The position numbers and the translations under genes are program-made. A DNA stretch of 64,000 bases from an uncultured bacterium (GTDB lineage Bacteria; Babelota; Babeliae; Babelales; Babelaceae), in contig CAWKFG010000004.1 in the NCBI GenBank assembly GCA_963848965.1, forward strand, positions 448,001-512,000. Reading direction: 5' to 3'. The notes below the pieces were generated by a model. That model was given only the letters and a program-made list of their open reading frames with translations, was not told where the DNA came from and did not search any database. Every line of letters begins with the position of its first letter. Position 1 is the stretch's first letter. Shown in pieces: positions 51,376 through 62,113 of this stretch.

Positions 51376-52275
51376 ATGAAAAACGTTTTATATTTTATGA
51401 GCATAATATTTTTATCTTATGCACCTATTTGTCATCCAATGGAAAGAGACATAACTACTAACCAAGCCCTAGCTGAAGAAGTTATTAAGGCTGCACATAC
51501 AGGCAATGTTCCGAGGCTCAGAAAGTTAAGCAGACAGACTAATATTGCTCATGTTGTTGACGAAACTTTTGGAGCAAGTCCACTATTCTGGGCAATTGAT
51601 GCTAACTCAGAAGAAACAGTTAAATTTCTATTAGATGAAACAACTATAGATGTTAATAAACGAAATAAATTTCTTACTACTCCATTGCTATTTGCTGTTG
51701 AAAAGCCCGGTAAACTAGCTATTGTAAAGCTCCTTTTAGCAAAAAATGGTATAGATCTTGAAGCAAAAGGTAGTGGTAATGTAACTGCATTGCAACGAGC
51801 AGATGCAGAGTATAAAGAAATATTAAAAGCTGCTGGTTCAGATATTAGCTGGAATCCCTATGAATTAGCACAAGCTATTAACTTAGGTCAAATAGAAAAG
51901 CTCAGACAATTTATTAAAGAGCATCGCTCAAAATTCACTAGCACTCATTTTATAGAAGCCATTTTAGTTGCTAAACGACATCCTGAATCGCTTGAAATTC
52001 TCTTACAAGAGTTTTTTGGATCTACACTAGTACGCGTTATGTGGTCTGCAGAAGTAGCAACACACGAAAATTTTGATCAATTATTTGATAAATGCACTGA
52101 AATTGGAGAGCTTGTATTGTTAGATCATAACTTAAATTTTATCGCTATGTGGTTGAGACCAGAAAAGATGAATGGTATTGATCAGGAAACTTATAAAAAA
52201 AATGTATTGACTGGTAGGGTACTACAATCTCCAACAAATCCTAACATCCTCATACTAATAACAAAAAAGATTTGA
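51376..52275 (+). CDS. Secreted ankyrin-repeat protein
   Basis: Signal peptide ..HPMER; 3-4 ankyrin repeats. Confidence 0.82.
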   Translation: MKNVLYFMSIIFLSYAPICHPMERDITTNQALAEEVIKAAHTGNVPRLRKLSRQTNIAHVVDETFGASPLFWAIDANSEETVKFLLDETTIDVNKRNKFLTTPLLFAVEKPGKLAIVKLLLAKNGIDLEAKGSGNVTALQRADAEYKEILKAAGSDISWNPYELAQAINLGQIEKLRQFIKEHRSKFTSTHFIEAILVAKRHPESLEILLQEFFGSTLVRVMWSAEVATHENFDQLFDKCTEIGELVLLDHNLNFIAMWLRPEKMNGIDQETYKKNVLTGRVLQSPTNPNILILITKKI

Positions 52276-52300
52276 TAGCGGTATAAAAAGATACTATAAG

Positions 52301-52331
52301 GAAAGAGCCTCAGTAAACTGAGGCTCTTTTT
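52301..52331. terminator. Bidirectional terminator
   Basis: aaagagcctcag-taaa-ctgaggctcttt between convergent genes. Confidence 0.8.
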
Positions 52332-52334
52332 ATT

Positions 52335-54443
52335 TTACGTGTTAAATAATCGAGGTAATTTTGCATCAGCCTTAGGATGAGTAGCATCATTAACTAAAGC
52401 ACCATAAGTTTTAGCAGAAGCAAAGAGAAGATTCATCATCATCTGTTTGTTTTGCAGACGCGATGCAAGCTCTATACATTTTGTTTGTACTTTAGCTCCT
52501 CTGCTTAAAAGAGCATTAACGAGCTTTATATCTCCTGCTTTTACCGCATAATATAACGCAGTATTATCATACTTATCTCTTTTATCAACCTCCACCACAA
52601 AAGATTCTAATCCATCCTTGCCTTGAGTTTTTAGAGATAGTAACTCTTGTATAAGAGCATAATTCTCACAAATGATAGCATACATAAGCGGTGTTCTTTT
52701 GTGTTTATCTCTTGTATTAAACAATGTTCTGAAATGAGGATACTGTTCACCCGCTTCTTTTATTAGTTTTACTATATCAGCATGATTAAAAATACAAGCT
52801 AATTGTACAGGGTTGCATTCTATCACATTTACCTCAGTAAAAAAATGAGCGGCTATAAATGCTTGTGTAAAAGCTTTAGGATCTTTCAGATAGTGCCTTA
52901 CCTGCTCTTGTGCACAGAGGTTCATAATATCTATCAAGTCTTTATTACCAGTCATCTGTGCAAGCTCAATAACATTTTTCCTCACTATACCAGTTGACCA
53001 GACCTTGTTAGCATCAGCATAAGTATGAACCTCAACATGTGCCTCTGGTTTCTGGATATCTGCACCAGCTGCTAAGAGTATAAGTGCTGTTTTAAGCTTG
53101 TTCTTTTTGACTGCGTATGCAAGCGCTTTATCCAAATCTTTACTACCAGCTTTTATAAGCAAATGAACCATTTCACTGTGTTCGTTTCTTGCAGCTGCGC
53201 CTAACGCGCTCACCTTTCTTTCATCTGTTTCATCTATACCAGTACCTCGCTCTATAAGCGTTTTAACGGCTTCAACATGTCTTTGTTCTGCTGCTAGTAT
53301 TAAAGGTGTAGCATGCCAATGAGTAACAACATTAATATCAGCTCCTGCATCAAGCAATGTTTTAATGAGCTCTGTATCTCCTAAATATGCTGCACCAAGC
53401 AACTTTTGATTATCACTGCTAGTAAGTTGCATTAACCTTTGTACTATATTTTTATGATTGCGCATTATAGCAGTCATCATAGGATTTTCGTCGTAATCTC
53501 TATCTAATACGCTAGATACGTCTGATTCATGCTCAACAAGAGCATTAAGTATCTCAAGATTACCGCGTGCAGCTGCATGATGCAAAGCAGTTACCCGACG
53601 AATGTTTTCATCTGGCGCTAAAACATCCGCCCCTGCATCCAGAAACTTTCTTACTGTTTCAGCATTTGCCTTCTGATTCTTGTTAATGTAACCTGCTAGT
53701 ATATCTGAATCTTGACTCGCATCTGCACCATTATCTAAAAGAAGATTGATCAATTCTTCATCATTATCTAATTCAAATATTGTCAAATCTAATGGTGTTC
53801 TATTATCATTATCGCTTGCATTCACATCTGCATTAGATGCAATAAGCATTTTAGCTATAGCTTTGTTCTTATTAATAATAGAGCATATTAAAGGGGTCTC
53901 TGAGCAACTATTTGAGTGTCGCCTATAAGTAAAAGTAAAATTAGGAGTTGCTCCACTACGCAAAAGAAGCTCTACTATCTCTGCATAATTCTGCATTACA
54001 GCTAAAGACAAAGCTCTCTGCCCATTTTTATTTTCAATATTAACATTTATTCCGCTTGCAATAAGTGCTTTAATAACTGGCATATCTTTTGCAAAAACTG
54101 CATGCATAAGAGCAGTTGATCCATCATGCCCTTGGGTTAAAAACCCTGCTTGTACAAGCATCTTTATAAATTCTGGTCGCCCAGAATCTAGAGCACTTTT
54201 ACATGCAATATAGTCAAGAACACTAACAGGATAGCGCTTAAGGCACTCTTTTACGAGTTCTATATTACCATCACGAACAGCCTGTATAATATGTGCCATA
54301 GGCTGTGTAAGTTGAGCCATTGCATTATTAAGAGCAACTTTTTTACTTGGTTCTTGCCTCTCATCTTGATTACTCCTTTTCATACAGAAAGAGTTACTCA
54401 TTATGAGCGATAAAACTATAACACTACTTAGTATATAATGCAT
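52335..54443 (-). CDS. Secreted long ankyrin-repeat protein
   Basis: Signal peptide ..FCMKR; many ankyrin repeats. Confidence 0.9.
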   Translation of the reverse strand: MHYILSSVIVLSLIMSNSFCMKRSNQDERQEPSKKVALNNAMAQLTQPMAHIIQAVRDGNIELVKECLKRYPVSVLDYIACKSALDSGRPEFIKMLVQAGFLTQGHDGSTALMHAVFAKDMPVIKALIASGINVNIENKNGQRALSLAVMQNYAEIVELLLRSGATPNFTFTYRRHSNSCSETPLICSIINKNKAIAKMLIASNADVNASDNDNRTPLDLTIFELDNDEELINLLLDNGADASQDSDILAGYINKNQKANAETVRKFLDAGADVLAPDENIRRVTALHHAAARGNLEILNALVEHESDVSSVLDRDYDENPMMTAIMRNHKNIVQRLMQLTSSDNQKLLGAAYLGDTELIKTLLDAGADINVVTHWHATPLILAAEQRHVEAVKTLIERGTGIDETDERKVSALGAAARNEHSEMVHLLIKAGSKDLDKALAYAVKKNKLKTALILLAAGADIQKPEAHVEVHTYADANKVWSTGIVRKNVIELAQMTGNKDLIDIMNLCAQEQVRHYLKDPKAFTQAFIAAHFFTEVNVIECNPVQLACIFNHADIVKLIKEAGEQYPHFRTLFNTRDKHKRTPLMYAIICENYALIQELLSLKTQGKDGLESFVVEVDKRDKYDNTALYYAVKAGDIKLVNALLSRGAKVQTKCIELASRLQNKQMMMNLLFASAKTYGALVNDATHPKADAKLPRLFNT

Positions 54444-54641
54444 ATTACTTCCTTTATTTAAAATGATATATATAAAATAAGGTCTAAAAGTAGGGATTTG
54501 TTAGTTTATCACATTTAACAAATTTATCAAGTATAAATTAATATAACAACGCTCTTTTCAATTTGTATTACGAAAAATAGTGGGCAAAGTCCACAAGATA
54601 TACTGCTTAGCTTAAGCCACTAAGCTCCCTTTCATTAGAAG

Positions 54642-54851
54642 TTAGCTATCTTCTGAATATTCTAAAAGATCACCCGGTTGACAGTTAAGCGCTTTACATA
54701 GTACTTGTAGTGTGGAAAACCGTATTGCTTTTGCTTTTCCTGTTTTTAAAATAGATAAGTTAGCTTCGGTAATATCCACAAGCGTAGCAAGCTCATTAAG
54801 TCGTATCTTACGACGTGCCATCATTTCATCCAATTTTACAATAATTTTCAT
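54642..54851 (-). CDS. XRE (YozG-like) HTH regulator
   Basis: NLSILKTGKAKAIRFSTL..LC..L.CQPGDLLEY. Confidence 0.92.
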   Translation of the reverse strand: MKIIVKLDEMMARRKIRLNELATLVDITEANLSILKTGKAKAIRFSTLQVLCKALNCQPGDLLEYSEDS

Positions 54852-54860
54852 AGGACCCGC

Positions 54861-55418
54861 TTATATAGTAAGATCTTGCTCTTTTTTAAGCTTACTTCCC
54901 TCTTGTATAAGCGCTGTAATAAGCACAAAACAAATAAAAATAACTATATTAATAATATCTCCTGTGCTCACTTCAACAGCTAATACACGGTTGCCAGAAC
55001 CTTTATGGAGTGTGGTAATTACGCTTAGTAGCATTTTTCTTAATGGAGAGTAAAGTACCCAACATAAAGCAATTTTGCTTAAAGTATGTAATACTTGTAT
55101 AACACGTGAAGAGAAAAACTCACTTGTCTGAAAATAATTTATAAGACGGTAAAAGAATACCACTCCTGCACATAGTATACTAAATGCAATACCATCTACC
55201 ATAAGCCCAAGCACTCTGTGAACAAAGGGAATTGCAGATAATTGTGGTACCCATGATTGAGAATCAAACGTATATGAAAGTCGAAGATAATACTCTTCTA
55301 AAGGGATACCAGGAACCATGTCAAAAAACCACCGTACGCAGGTAACAACAAACATACAAACAACAAATGCCACACTTATAATTTGAAGGGCATATGTATA
55401 TTTTTGCAGCTTATTCAT
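54861..55418 (-). CDS. DUF2975 membrane protein
   Basis: Four TM helices; C-terminal LKKEQDLTI; usual partner of a YozG-like HTH. Confidence 0.85.
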   Translation of the reverse strand: MNKLQKYTYALQIISVAFVVCMFVVTCVRWFFDMVPGIPLEEYYLRLSYTFDSQSWVPQLSAIPFVHRVLGLMVDGIAFSILCAGVVFFYRLINYFQTSEFFSSRVIQVLHTLSKIALCWVLYSPLRKMLLSVITTLHKGSGNRVLAVEVSTGDIINIVIFICFVLITALIQEGSKLKKEQDLTI

Positions 55419-55602
55419 AAAAACTCCTTTTAAGGTAATGACGTAAACTTTGAAAAACAATAGCACATATTTTATCGAATTTCAATAATTTTATATCGTT
55501 AATCAATAAATAGTTGAGCGGGATTCCTTCCTCAATAAAATTGTCTTCCTAGGTAAATGATAGTATAAACTTATAGTACATAAAGTATGAGCGCCTTATA
55601 TC

Positions 55603-55688
55603 TTTAAAAAAGAACCGGTTCTTTTTGAGGTCAGATTTAAAAAAGAACCGGTTCTTTTGTTGACTTACTGCTTTTAAAAGAGTATCCT
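55603..55688 (+). promoter_or_regulatory. Tandem palindromic operators plus sigma70 promoter
   Basis: aaaagaaccggttctttt twice, 33 bp apart; TTGACT-17-TATCCT at 55660-55688. Confidence 0.75.
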
Positions 55689-55709
55689 TAAAAATAAGGA
55701 GGTATTACA

Positions 55710-57083
55710 ATGCAACGTACCTGTATGGTTTTTCTTAAGGAATGGCTCCAAGCAAGTAACCGTAAACCGCTTGTCATTCGCGGAGCACGACAAGTAGGCA
55801 AAACATGGCTTGTACGCCATTTAGCAGAATCACAAGGATACAATCTCATAGAAATTAATCTTGAAAAACGGCCTAGTCTAGCTTCACTTTTCTCGACAAA
55901 CGATCCTCATCAAATACTCTTGAACTTAGAAGCTGCACTCAATGAACGCATTGATCCTAACAAATGTTTACTATTTATTGACGAAATTCAAGCAACTCCA
56001 GATATTTTAGCTAAACTGCGCTGGTTTGCCGAAGATATGCCAGAGTTACCTGTTATTGCAGCAGGCTCTCTTTTGGAATTTGTTTTAACTGAGCATACTT
56101 TTAGTATGCCCGTAGGACGAATCAATTATATGCACCTTGAGCCTCTATCATTTGAAGAATTTTTATTGGCATATAATAAACAGCATCTTATTGACTACAT
56201 AAAACAGTATACACTGGAGCATGAGATACCTTATGCACTTCATGAACAGTTAATGATGCTGTTTAAAGAATACATAATTATAGGAGGGATGCCTCAAGCT
56301 GTATCCAGCTGGGTTACCACACAATCTTTGCAAGCAGTAAGCCAAATACATCATGATCTTATAGCTACCTACCGAGATGATTTTGCAAAATACAGTGGAC
56401 GTATAGCAACGGAACGATTAGATGAAATAATTATGGCAGTTCCCAAATACTTAGGAAAGAAGTTCGTTTACAGCAAGATTAATCCAGTAACACATAGTAC
56501 TACTATCAAACGGTCGTTGAACCTCTTATGTAAAGCAAAAGTCTGTCATTGCATATTTGGCAGCGCTGCTAACGGAGTACCACTGGCAGCAGAAATTCAA
56601 GAAAAGTACATAAAAGTAATTCTATTGGACGTAGGATTATGTTCAACCCTCCTTGGACTTTCATTTGATCAAGTAAACACAACTGCTGAGCTCGATTTAA
56701 TTAATAAAGGCAGTATCGCTGAACAGGTAGTTGGACAACTTTTGCGCACTATTACTCCTCCTTATATAGAACCTGCTCTCTATTATTGGCATCGTACAGA
56801 AAAAGGTTCTGATGCAGAAATCGATTATGTTTTTCAACATGGCGCTCATGTAGTGCCTCTAGAAGTTAAAGCAGGACGCACAGGAACTTTAAAATCATTA
56901 CATCTCTTTATGAGATTAAAGCACCTTTCACTTGCAGCTCGTGTTAACTCAGATATACCACGTACAATCAACGTCACCTTAAAAGACAATCAAGGTAGTC
57001 CTGTTAATTACGTTCTTTTATCTCTTCCTTTTTATCTATTGAGTGAGCTACACCGCCTTCTTCAAAAAGCTTTTCAAAGCTAA
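55710..57083 (+). CDS. AAA+ ATPase with DUF4143 / PD-(D/E)xK domain
   Basis: GARQVGKT, FIDEIQ, AAGSLL, GGMP, EIDY..PLEVK. Confidence 0.92.
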   Translation: MQRTCMVFLKEWLQASNRKPLVIRGARQVGKTWLVRHLAESQGYNLIEINLEKRPSLASLFSTNDPHQILLNLEAALNERIDPNKCLLFIDEIQATPDILAKLRWFAEDMPELPVIAAGSLLEFVLTEHTFSMPVGRINYMHLEPLSFEEFLLAYNKQHLIDYIKQYTLEHEIPYALHEQLMMLFKEYIIIGGMPQAVSSWVTTQSLQAVSQIHHDLIATYRDDFAKYSGRIATERLDEIIMAVPKYLGKKFVYSKINPVTHSTTIKRSLNLLCKAKVCHCIFGSAANGVPLAAEIQEKYIKVILLDVGLCSTLLGLSFDQVNTTAELDLINKGSIAEQVVGQLLRTITPPYIEPALYYWHRTEKGSDAEIDYVFQHGAHVVPLEVKAGRTGTLKSLHLFMRLKHLSLAARVNSDIPRTINVTLKDNQGSPVNYVLLSLPFYLLSELHRLLQKAFQS

Positions 57084-57229
57084 GAATCTAGTCTTTTGAC
57101 CTTTAAAAAGCTATAAATCAGTATGTGTTCTTCTTTTTCATTTAGATGCCATAGCAATTTATTGATTTTATGCTATACTGTAATTAGATTTATTAAAGAG
57201 TATTCATCATTTCTTAAAAGTTAAAACTC

Positions 57230-58297
57230 TTGAGCACTCAACGTATTGTAAAATTAGTACCTCCTCGCATTTCTCCGGATCACATTAAAGAAAAAGTTGT
57301 CTGTATTCGCGCACATCGTGAACGTATATTTCAAGTATTTGAACAAAAGCATGAAGGTAAATGGATATTCCATAATTATGGGCACGGTGGCGCTGGATGG
57401 ACATTTCTTTTTGGGTGCGTTAATGAATCTATAAGGCAATTTGAACAACGATTAATGCAGGACAACAGTTTAAAGAATAAACAAGTATGCATTATTGGTG
57501 CTGGATGTTATGGCCTTTTAACTGCAATTACCTTAGCACGCAAGGGACATACCGTACGAATTATTGCAAAAGATACTGCTGATATCCCTTCTTATAAAGC
57601 TGCAGGATTCTTTTTTCCTCGAGCACGCAAAATGTCAACACCAGAAGAAATCAGCATCTTTCAAGCACGTGGTATGGAATCATATAGTACATATTACAAA
57701 ATTGCACAAGGGGCTCACCCTTTTATTCAAGAGGGAGCAAAGCTTTTGCCGGGATACTTTGGACTTAACATTGATCCTGGATTTAAACCCTATATTGAAA
57801 AAAAACTTATGCCAATTCCAGAAGAAGTTACTATCGACTTTGGCAATGGAAAAGCATATAAAGCTCAAGAATATAAAACAATTTTTATAAACTCAGTTGT
57901 AATGATGCAAGAATTGCACACTACTTTACGCGAGTTAGGCATTACTATTACCAAGGCAGAAATAGCTAGCTTTAGTGAAATTTCTGAAAACATTATTTTT
58001 AACTGTGCTGGATTAGGTGCCAAAAAGCTTACTGGAGATGAGCGTATAATACCTGTACAAGGTCATCTTATCACCCTTAAAGATCAACCTCCTATAGAGC
58101 ATTTACAATATATGATCAATGCTCAAGTTACTATGACCAGTATTCGTGGTACTCTTCGTGATGAATTAATCTATTATGCACCAAAAGATTCTGGTATTCT
58201 TGGCATTACCTTCATGCGAGGACAAGACTCGCTAACCGCAAACTACCATGAGTTTGATCGACTTTTACAGCGATGCCAAGATTACTTCGGTGCATAA
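57230..58297 (+). CDS. FAD-dependent D-amino acid oxidase-like protein (permuted)
   Basis: HNYGHGGAG, IIGAG..G, S..AAG, NCAGLGA, PVQG. Confidence 0.85.
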   Translation: MSTQRIVKLVPPRISPDHIKEKVVCIRAHRERIFQVFEQKHEGKWIFHNYGHGGAGWTFLFGCVNESIRQFEQRLMQDNSLKNKQVCIIGAGCYGLLTAITLARKGHTVRIIAKDTADIPSYKAAGFFFPRARKMSTPEEISIFQARGMESYSTYYKIAQGAHPFIQEGAKLLPGYFGLNIDPGFKPYIEKKLMPIPEEVTIDFGNGKAYKAQEYKTIFINSVVMMQELHTTLRELGITITKAEIASFSEISENIIFNCAGLGAKKLTGDERIIPVQGHLITLKDQPPIEHLQYMINAQVTMTSIRGTLRDELIYYAPKDSGILGITFMRGQDSLTANYHEFDRLLQRCQDYFGA

Positions 58298-58302
58298 TAA
58301 TT

Positions 58303-59511
58303 TTATTCTACAAAACTGATCGCTTGTCCTACTTTATCTGCTCGACCGGTTCTACCAATTCTGTGAATATAATCTTCATACGTTTGAGGCAAATCAAAGT
58401 TAATAACGTGAGATATATCTGCAATATCTATTCCTCGAGAGACAACGTCTGTTGCTAAAAGGATTCTGAGCTTATTGTCTTTAAATAATGACAAAGCCTT
58501 AGTTCTTTGCGATTGTGTTTTGTCTCCATGAATTATGGCAATTCTAAAGCCACGCTCACTTAGTATCTTTGACAGCTTATCTGCAGCTCGCTTTGTTCTT
58601 AAAAAGATTATACCTTTTTTAAACTCTTTTTTAATCAATAAGTCATGAAGTAAGTCAACTTTATTGTTTTGACCGACTTGTATTACATCTTGATTTACAT
58701 TTTCAGCGGATTGCCTTGTCTTTACGCTTATTGAAACAGGACTTTTCGAAAAACCAACCATTAACTCTTTAAGAGCTGTAGGTATAGTTGCTGAAAAGAA
58801 TACTGAATGGCGCTTTGCTGGTAATCTTTGAAGAATATATCTTATATCCTTTATAAACCCCATATCAAGCATTGTATCTACTTCATCTAAGACAATAGAA
58901 GTATATCTATCAAAATGGATACTATTGTTTTTTTCTAAATCGAGTAACCTACCTGGTGTACCTATTACAAATTCAGGATCATGTCTTAATTCCTTTATTT
59001 GCTGAACAATATGTGTTCCACCAATACACACAAGTGAAAAAAGACCAGTTTTATGTACAAAACTATCAAGTTCATCTTGAATTTGATGACATAATTCTCT
59101 TGTAGGAGCAATAATTAAAACTCTCTCAGTCTTTTTTGTTAAAACATTATTTATTAAAGGAATTAAGAATGCTGCTGTTTTACCTGTACCAGTATTGGCG
59201 GTTGCTATAACATCTTTACCTTCTAACAAAACAGGAATTGCTTGATCTTGGATTGGAGTAGGTATTTTATATCCTTTATTATTAATGTTTTCCTTCAGTT
59301 GCTCTTCTATTAAAAAATCTACAAATGAATTTTTAGGAGTATATACAGCAGACGGCGCTTGCTCTTCTACTCGCTTCATAAACAGTGAGGGATCAAACTT
59401 TTTAGCCACTCTTTTGGATTGGCGAGGATAACGGGAGCCCTGCGATCCATAGGACGCTCTTGTACCTCTTGTATTACTATTTTTTGTATTGTTTGCTTTA
59501 TAATAAGTCAT
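58303..59511 (-). CDS. DEAD-box RNA helicase
   Basis: PTPIQ, TGTGKT, PTREL, TPGR, DEVD, SAT, RGID, HRIGRTGR. Confidence 0.95.
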   Translation of the reverse strand: MTYYKANNTKNSNTRGTRASYGSQGSRYPRQSKRVAKKFDPSLFMKRVEEQAPSAVYTPKNSFVDFLIEEQLKENINNKGYKIPTPIQDQAIPVLLEGKDVIATANTGTGKTAAFLIPLINNVLTKKTERVLIIAPTRELCHQIQDELDSFVHKTGLFSLVCIGGTHIVQQIKELRHDPEFVIGTPGRLLDLEKNNSIHFDRYTSIVLDEVDTMLDMGFIKDIRYILQRLPAKRHSVFFSATIPTALKELMVGFSKSPVSISVKTRQSAENVNQDVIQVGQNNKVDLLHDLLIKKEFKKGIIFLRTKRAADKLSKILSERGFRIAIIHGDKTQSQRTKALSLFKDNKLRILLATDVVSRGIDIADISHVINFDLPQTYEDYIHRIGRTGRADKVGQAISFVE

Positions 59512-60204
59512 TTTTAGCCTTTTCTTTAATTTATTTGATCTAATTCTTAACACAACATTCTGTTTTTTAAGAATTTAAAGTTAATTCAATGCATTTCTTG
59601 CTATAGAGATAAGTATTTCAAACTTATAGGTTTGAACTATAACTCCTTCTCTAGTCCTTACTTTGCTGTATACGATAGACCATCATAATTATAGATAGTT
59701 AAGGCCCTTTTAGATTCTTAATCTGGCACTTTAGGCCTTTTAAGAATTTATTCTAGACCAAACTCTATCATTTCTGTCCACTGTCTTTATGCACTAGTCC
59801 CTTTAGTGATCATAATTTTTGCATCTACTAATCGTTCTGATAGATGCTAAAGACGTCTATAGGCAGAGGTATAATTGTGATAGTCAATAGAGATTACTTA
59901 GTTGATGTGTTTAGGAACGATCAAATAAAATTTGAGAGAGCCTTCAAGACATGAAGATAGTTTTTTCAACTAGCTTACGATTAACCTAAGAATAAAGAAC
60001 ATTCTTTAAAGTATACATAATTAAGTATACACCTATTTTATATAAAAGCAACGAAATAAAAGCCACGTTAGTATTATTATCACTAACAGCTTCGAGGACA
60101 TAAGACCGCTCTAAAGTATAAATGTGGAAAAAACCTTACTCTTGCATTAAGGTAATCCTGATATTTATGCTATTCTATGAACCATTTTTCTAAGGAGTGC
60201 GTGT

Positions 60205-61164
60205 ATGGAGAATCGGTCAAATCTAGAAATTGCTACTTTTGCCGGTGGCTGTTTTTGGTGCATGGTGCAACCCTTTGAAACACAGGAAGGGGTTATTGAG
60301 GTTATTGCAGGATATGCAGGCGGTACAGGAGAAAACCCTACCTACCAAGACTATGCAGAAAAAGGATATACTGAAGTGGTTCAAGTCACTTATAATCCCA
60401 AAAAAGTGAGCTATGACACGTTGCTTGATATCTTTTGGCGTCAAATAGATCCTACAGACGTCGGTGGACAATTTGCCGATAGAGGACCAGGATATAAGTC
60501 TGCCATTTTTTACCATACTCCTGAGCAGAAGCAGCAAGCAGAAGAATCAAAACAAAGATTACAAGACTCAGGAAAATTCTCAAAAAAACTTGTTACTCAG
60601 ATTATTGAATTCTCGAATTTCTACCCTGCAGAGCAGTATCACCAACAGTATTATAAAAAGAACCCTGAACATTATAAAATTTATAAAACTCTGTCAGGAA
60701 GAGAACGATTTTTAGAAAACGTTTGGAACAATAATCGAGCGCAAGAGGATCCGCTACGAAAACAACTTACTCCGCTACAATATGACGTTATTTGCTGTGA
60801 TGCAACAGAACCTCCATTTAATAATGAATACTGGGATAATAAAGCACTTGGTATTTATGTAGATCGAATCTCTGGTGAACCACTGTTTAGCTCGTTAGAT
60901 AAATATGATTCTGGTACTGGATGGCCAAGTTTTACCAAACCTCTTGAGCCTACTAATATTGTTGAAAAAGAAGACATTACTTTAGCTATTCCACGCACTG
61001 AAATTCGTAGCAAAAAGGCAGATTCACACTTAGGACATGTCTTCAATGATGGTCCAAAGCCTGGTGGATTACGCTACTGTGTAAACTCAGCAGCACTCCG
61101 TTTTATCCCTCTTGAAGATCTAGAAAAAGAAGGTTATAGAGAGTATAGAACGTTGTTTGAGTAA
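60205..61164 (+). CDS. msrAB: Peptide methionine sulfoxide reductase MsrA-MsrB fusion
   Basis: GGCFW, AE.YHQ.YY; K.DSG.GWPSF, HLGHVF.DGP, RYCVNS. Confidence 0.95.
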   Translation: MENRSNLEIATFAGGCFWCMVQPFETQEGVIEVIAGYAGGTGENPTYQDYAEKGYTEVVQVTYNPKKVSYDTLLDIFWRQIDPTDVGGQFADRGPGYKSAIFYHTPEQKQQAEESKQRLQDSGKFSKKLVTQIIEFSNFYPAEQYHQQYYKKNPEHYKIYKTLSGRERFLENVWNNNRAQEDPLRKQLTPLQYDVICCDATEPPFNNEYWDNKALGIYVDRISGEPLFSSLDKYDSGTGWPSFTKPLEPTNIVEKEDITLAIPRTEIRSKKADSHLGHVFNDGPKPGGLRYCVNSAALRFIPLEDLEKEGYREYRTLFE

Positions 61165-61378
61165 TATCCCTCTCACAATTCTTACAAGATTCATTTTAAA
61201 CTATCTTGAGCATTTTTTAAAAATGTTCGAAAAAATTTTATAGTATAAAATGCATTTAATTATAAAAATATTTACTGCCTGTCAATAAATTTGCTATGCT
61301 TCACTATAAATAACTCGCAATACAAGAGAGTACTTATAAAGAGCTATAAAAACTAATTATTAATAAAAAGGAGTTTCT

Positions 61379-61939
61379 ATGAACCATATATATAAAATGA
61401 TGTTTGCTTTATTCTCTATAGCAGGCATTAACCATCTAGCCTTTGGGTATGAATATACCTTTTCTAACCATATTCCGGACAAAACCATTGAAGTTCAAAT
61501 TAAACTTTTAGGTGTAAATGAACCTTGGTATAAGCAAACAATTAAACCTAATACAACTGCAACCTTCTTATGGAAAGCATTCAGCAAAGATAAAGATCCA
61601 CTTGAATACGCAGAATGGAGAAAATCAGGACTTTGTTTGCAAAGTATTCAATATAGAACAGCAGGAACAGCTTGGAGAGAAACTGACATAACTTTTGCAG
61701 ATTCAGATGCATACAAGAGAATAGTAAATGCTGCTGAAAATCTAGGAGAAGGAACTGCTAGTGTAGCTCAATTTGCAGCAGCTGTTTCAGGAGTTCCTAC
61801 TGAAAAAGTAAGTGGTGGCTCTTTAGCAAAAGGTATCGCTGAGCTTATTGGAACAAGTGCTTGCCGCGATAGACACTTTGATATTGCTCCAGATAAAACT
61901 GATCCTAAACAAATCGCATTCTATTCAATTGCAAAATAA
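61379..61939 (+). CDS. Secreted hypothetical protein
   Basis: AAGGAG RBS; signal peptide; downstream hairpin terminator near 61945-61966. Confidence 0.65.
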   Translation: MNHIYKMMFALFSIAGINHLAFGYEYTFSNHIPDKTIEVQIKLLGVNEPWYKQTIKPNTTATFLWKAFSKDKDPLEYAEWRKSGLCLQSIQYRTAGTAWRETDITFADSDAYKRIVNAAENLGEGTASVAQFAAAVSGVPTEKVSGGSLAKGIAELIGTSACRDRHFDIAPDKTDPKQIAFYSIAK

Positions 61940-62113
61940 CGTATAGCCCAGCAAAGCTGGGCTTTTCTACAAATAATTCTTTTCACTTATCTTTTCTGAC
62001 AATCACATTTTTCAAAAAATTCAAAATCATATTGCTTGCAAATTGTATTTAATATGGTAAAATGCTAATTAGCCAATAAAAACAAAAATTAAAATATTTA
62101 CCAGGGGTTAATT

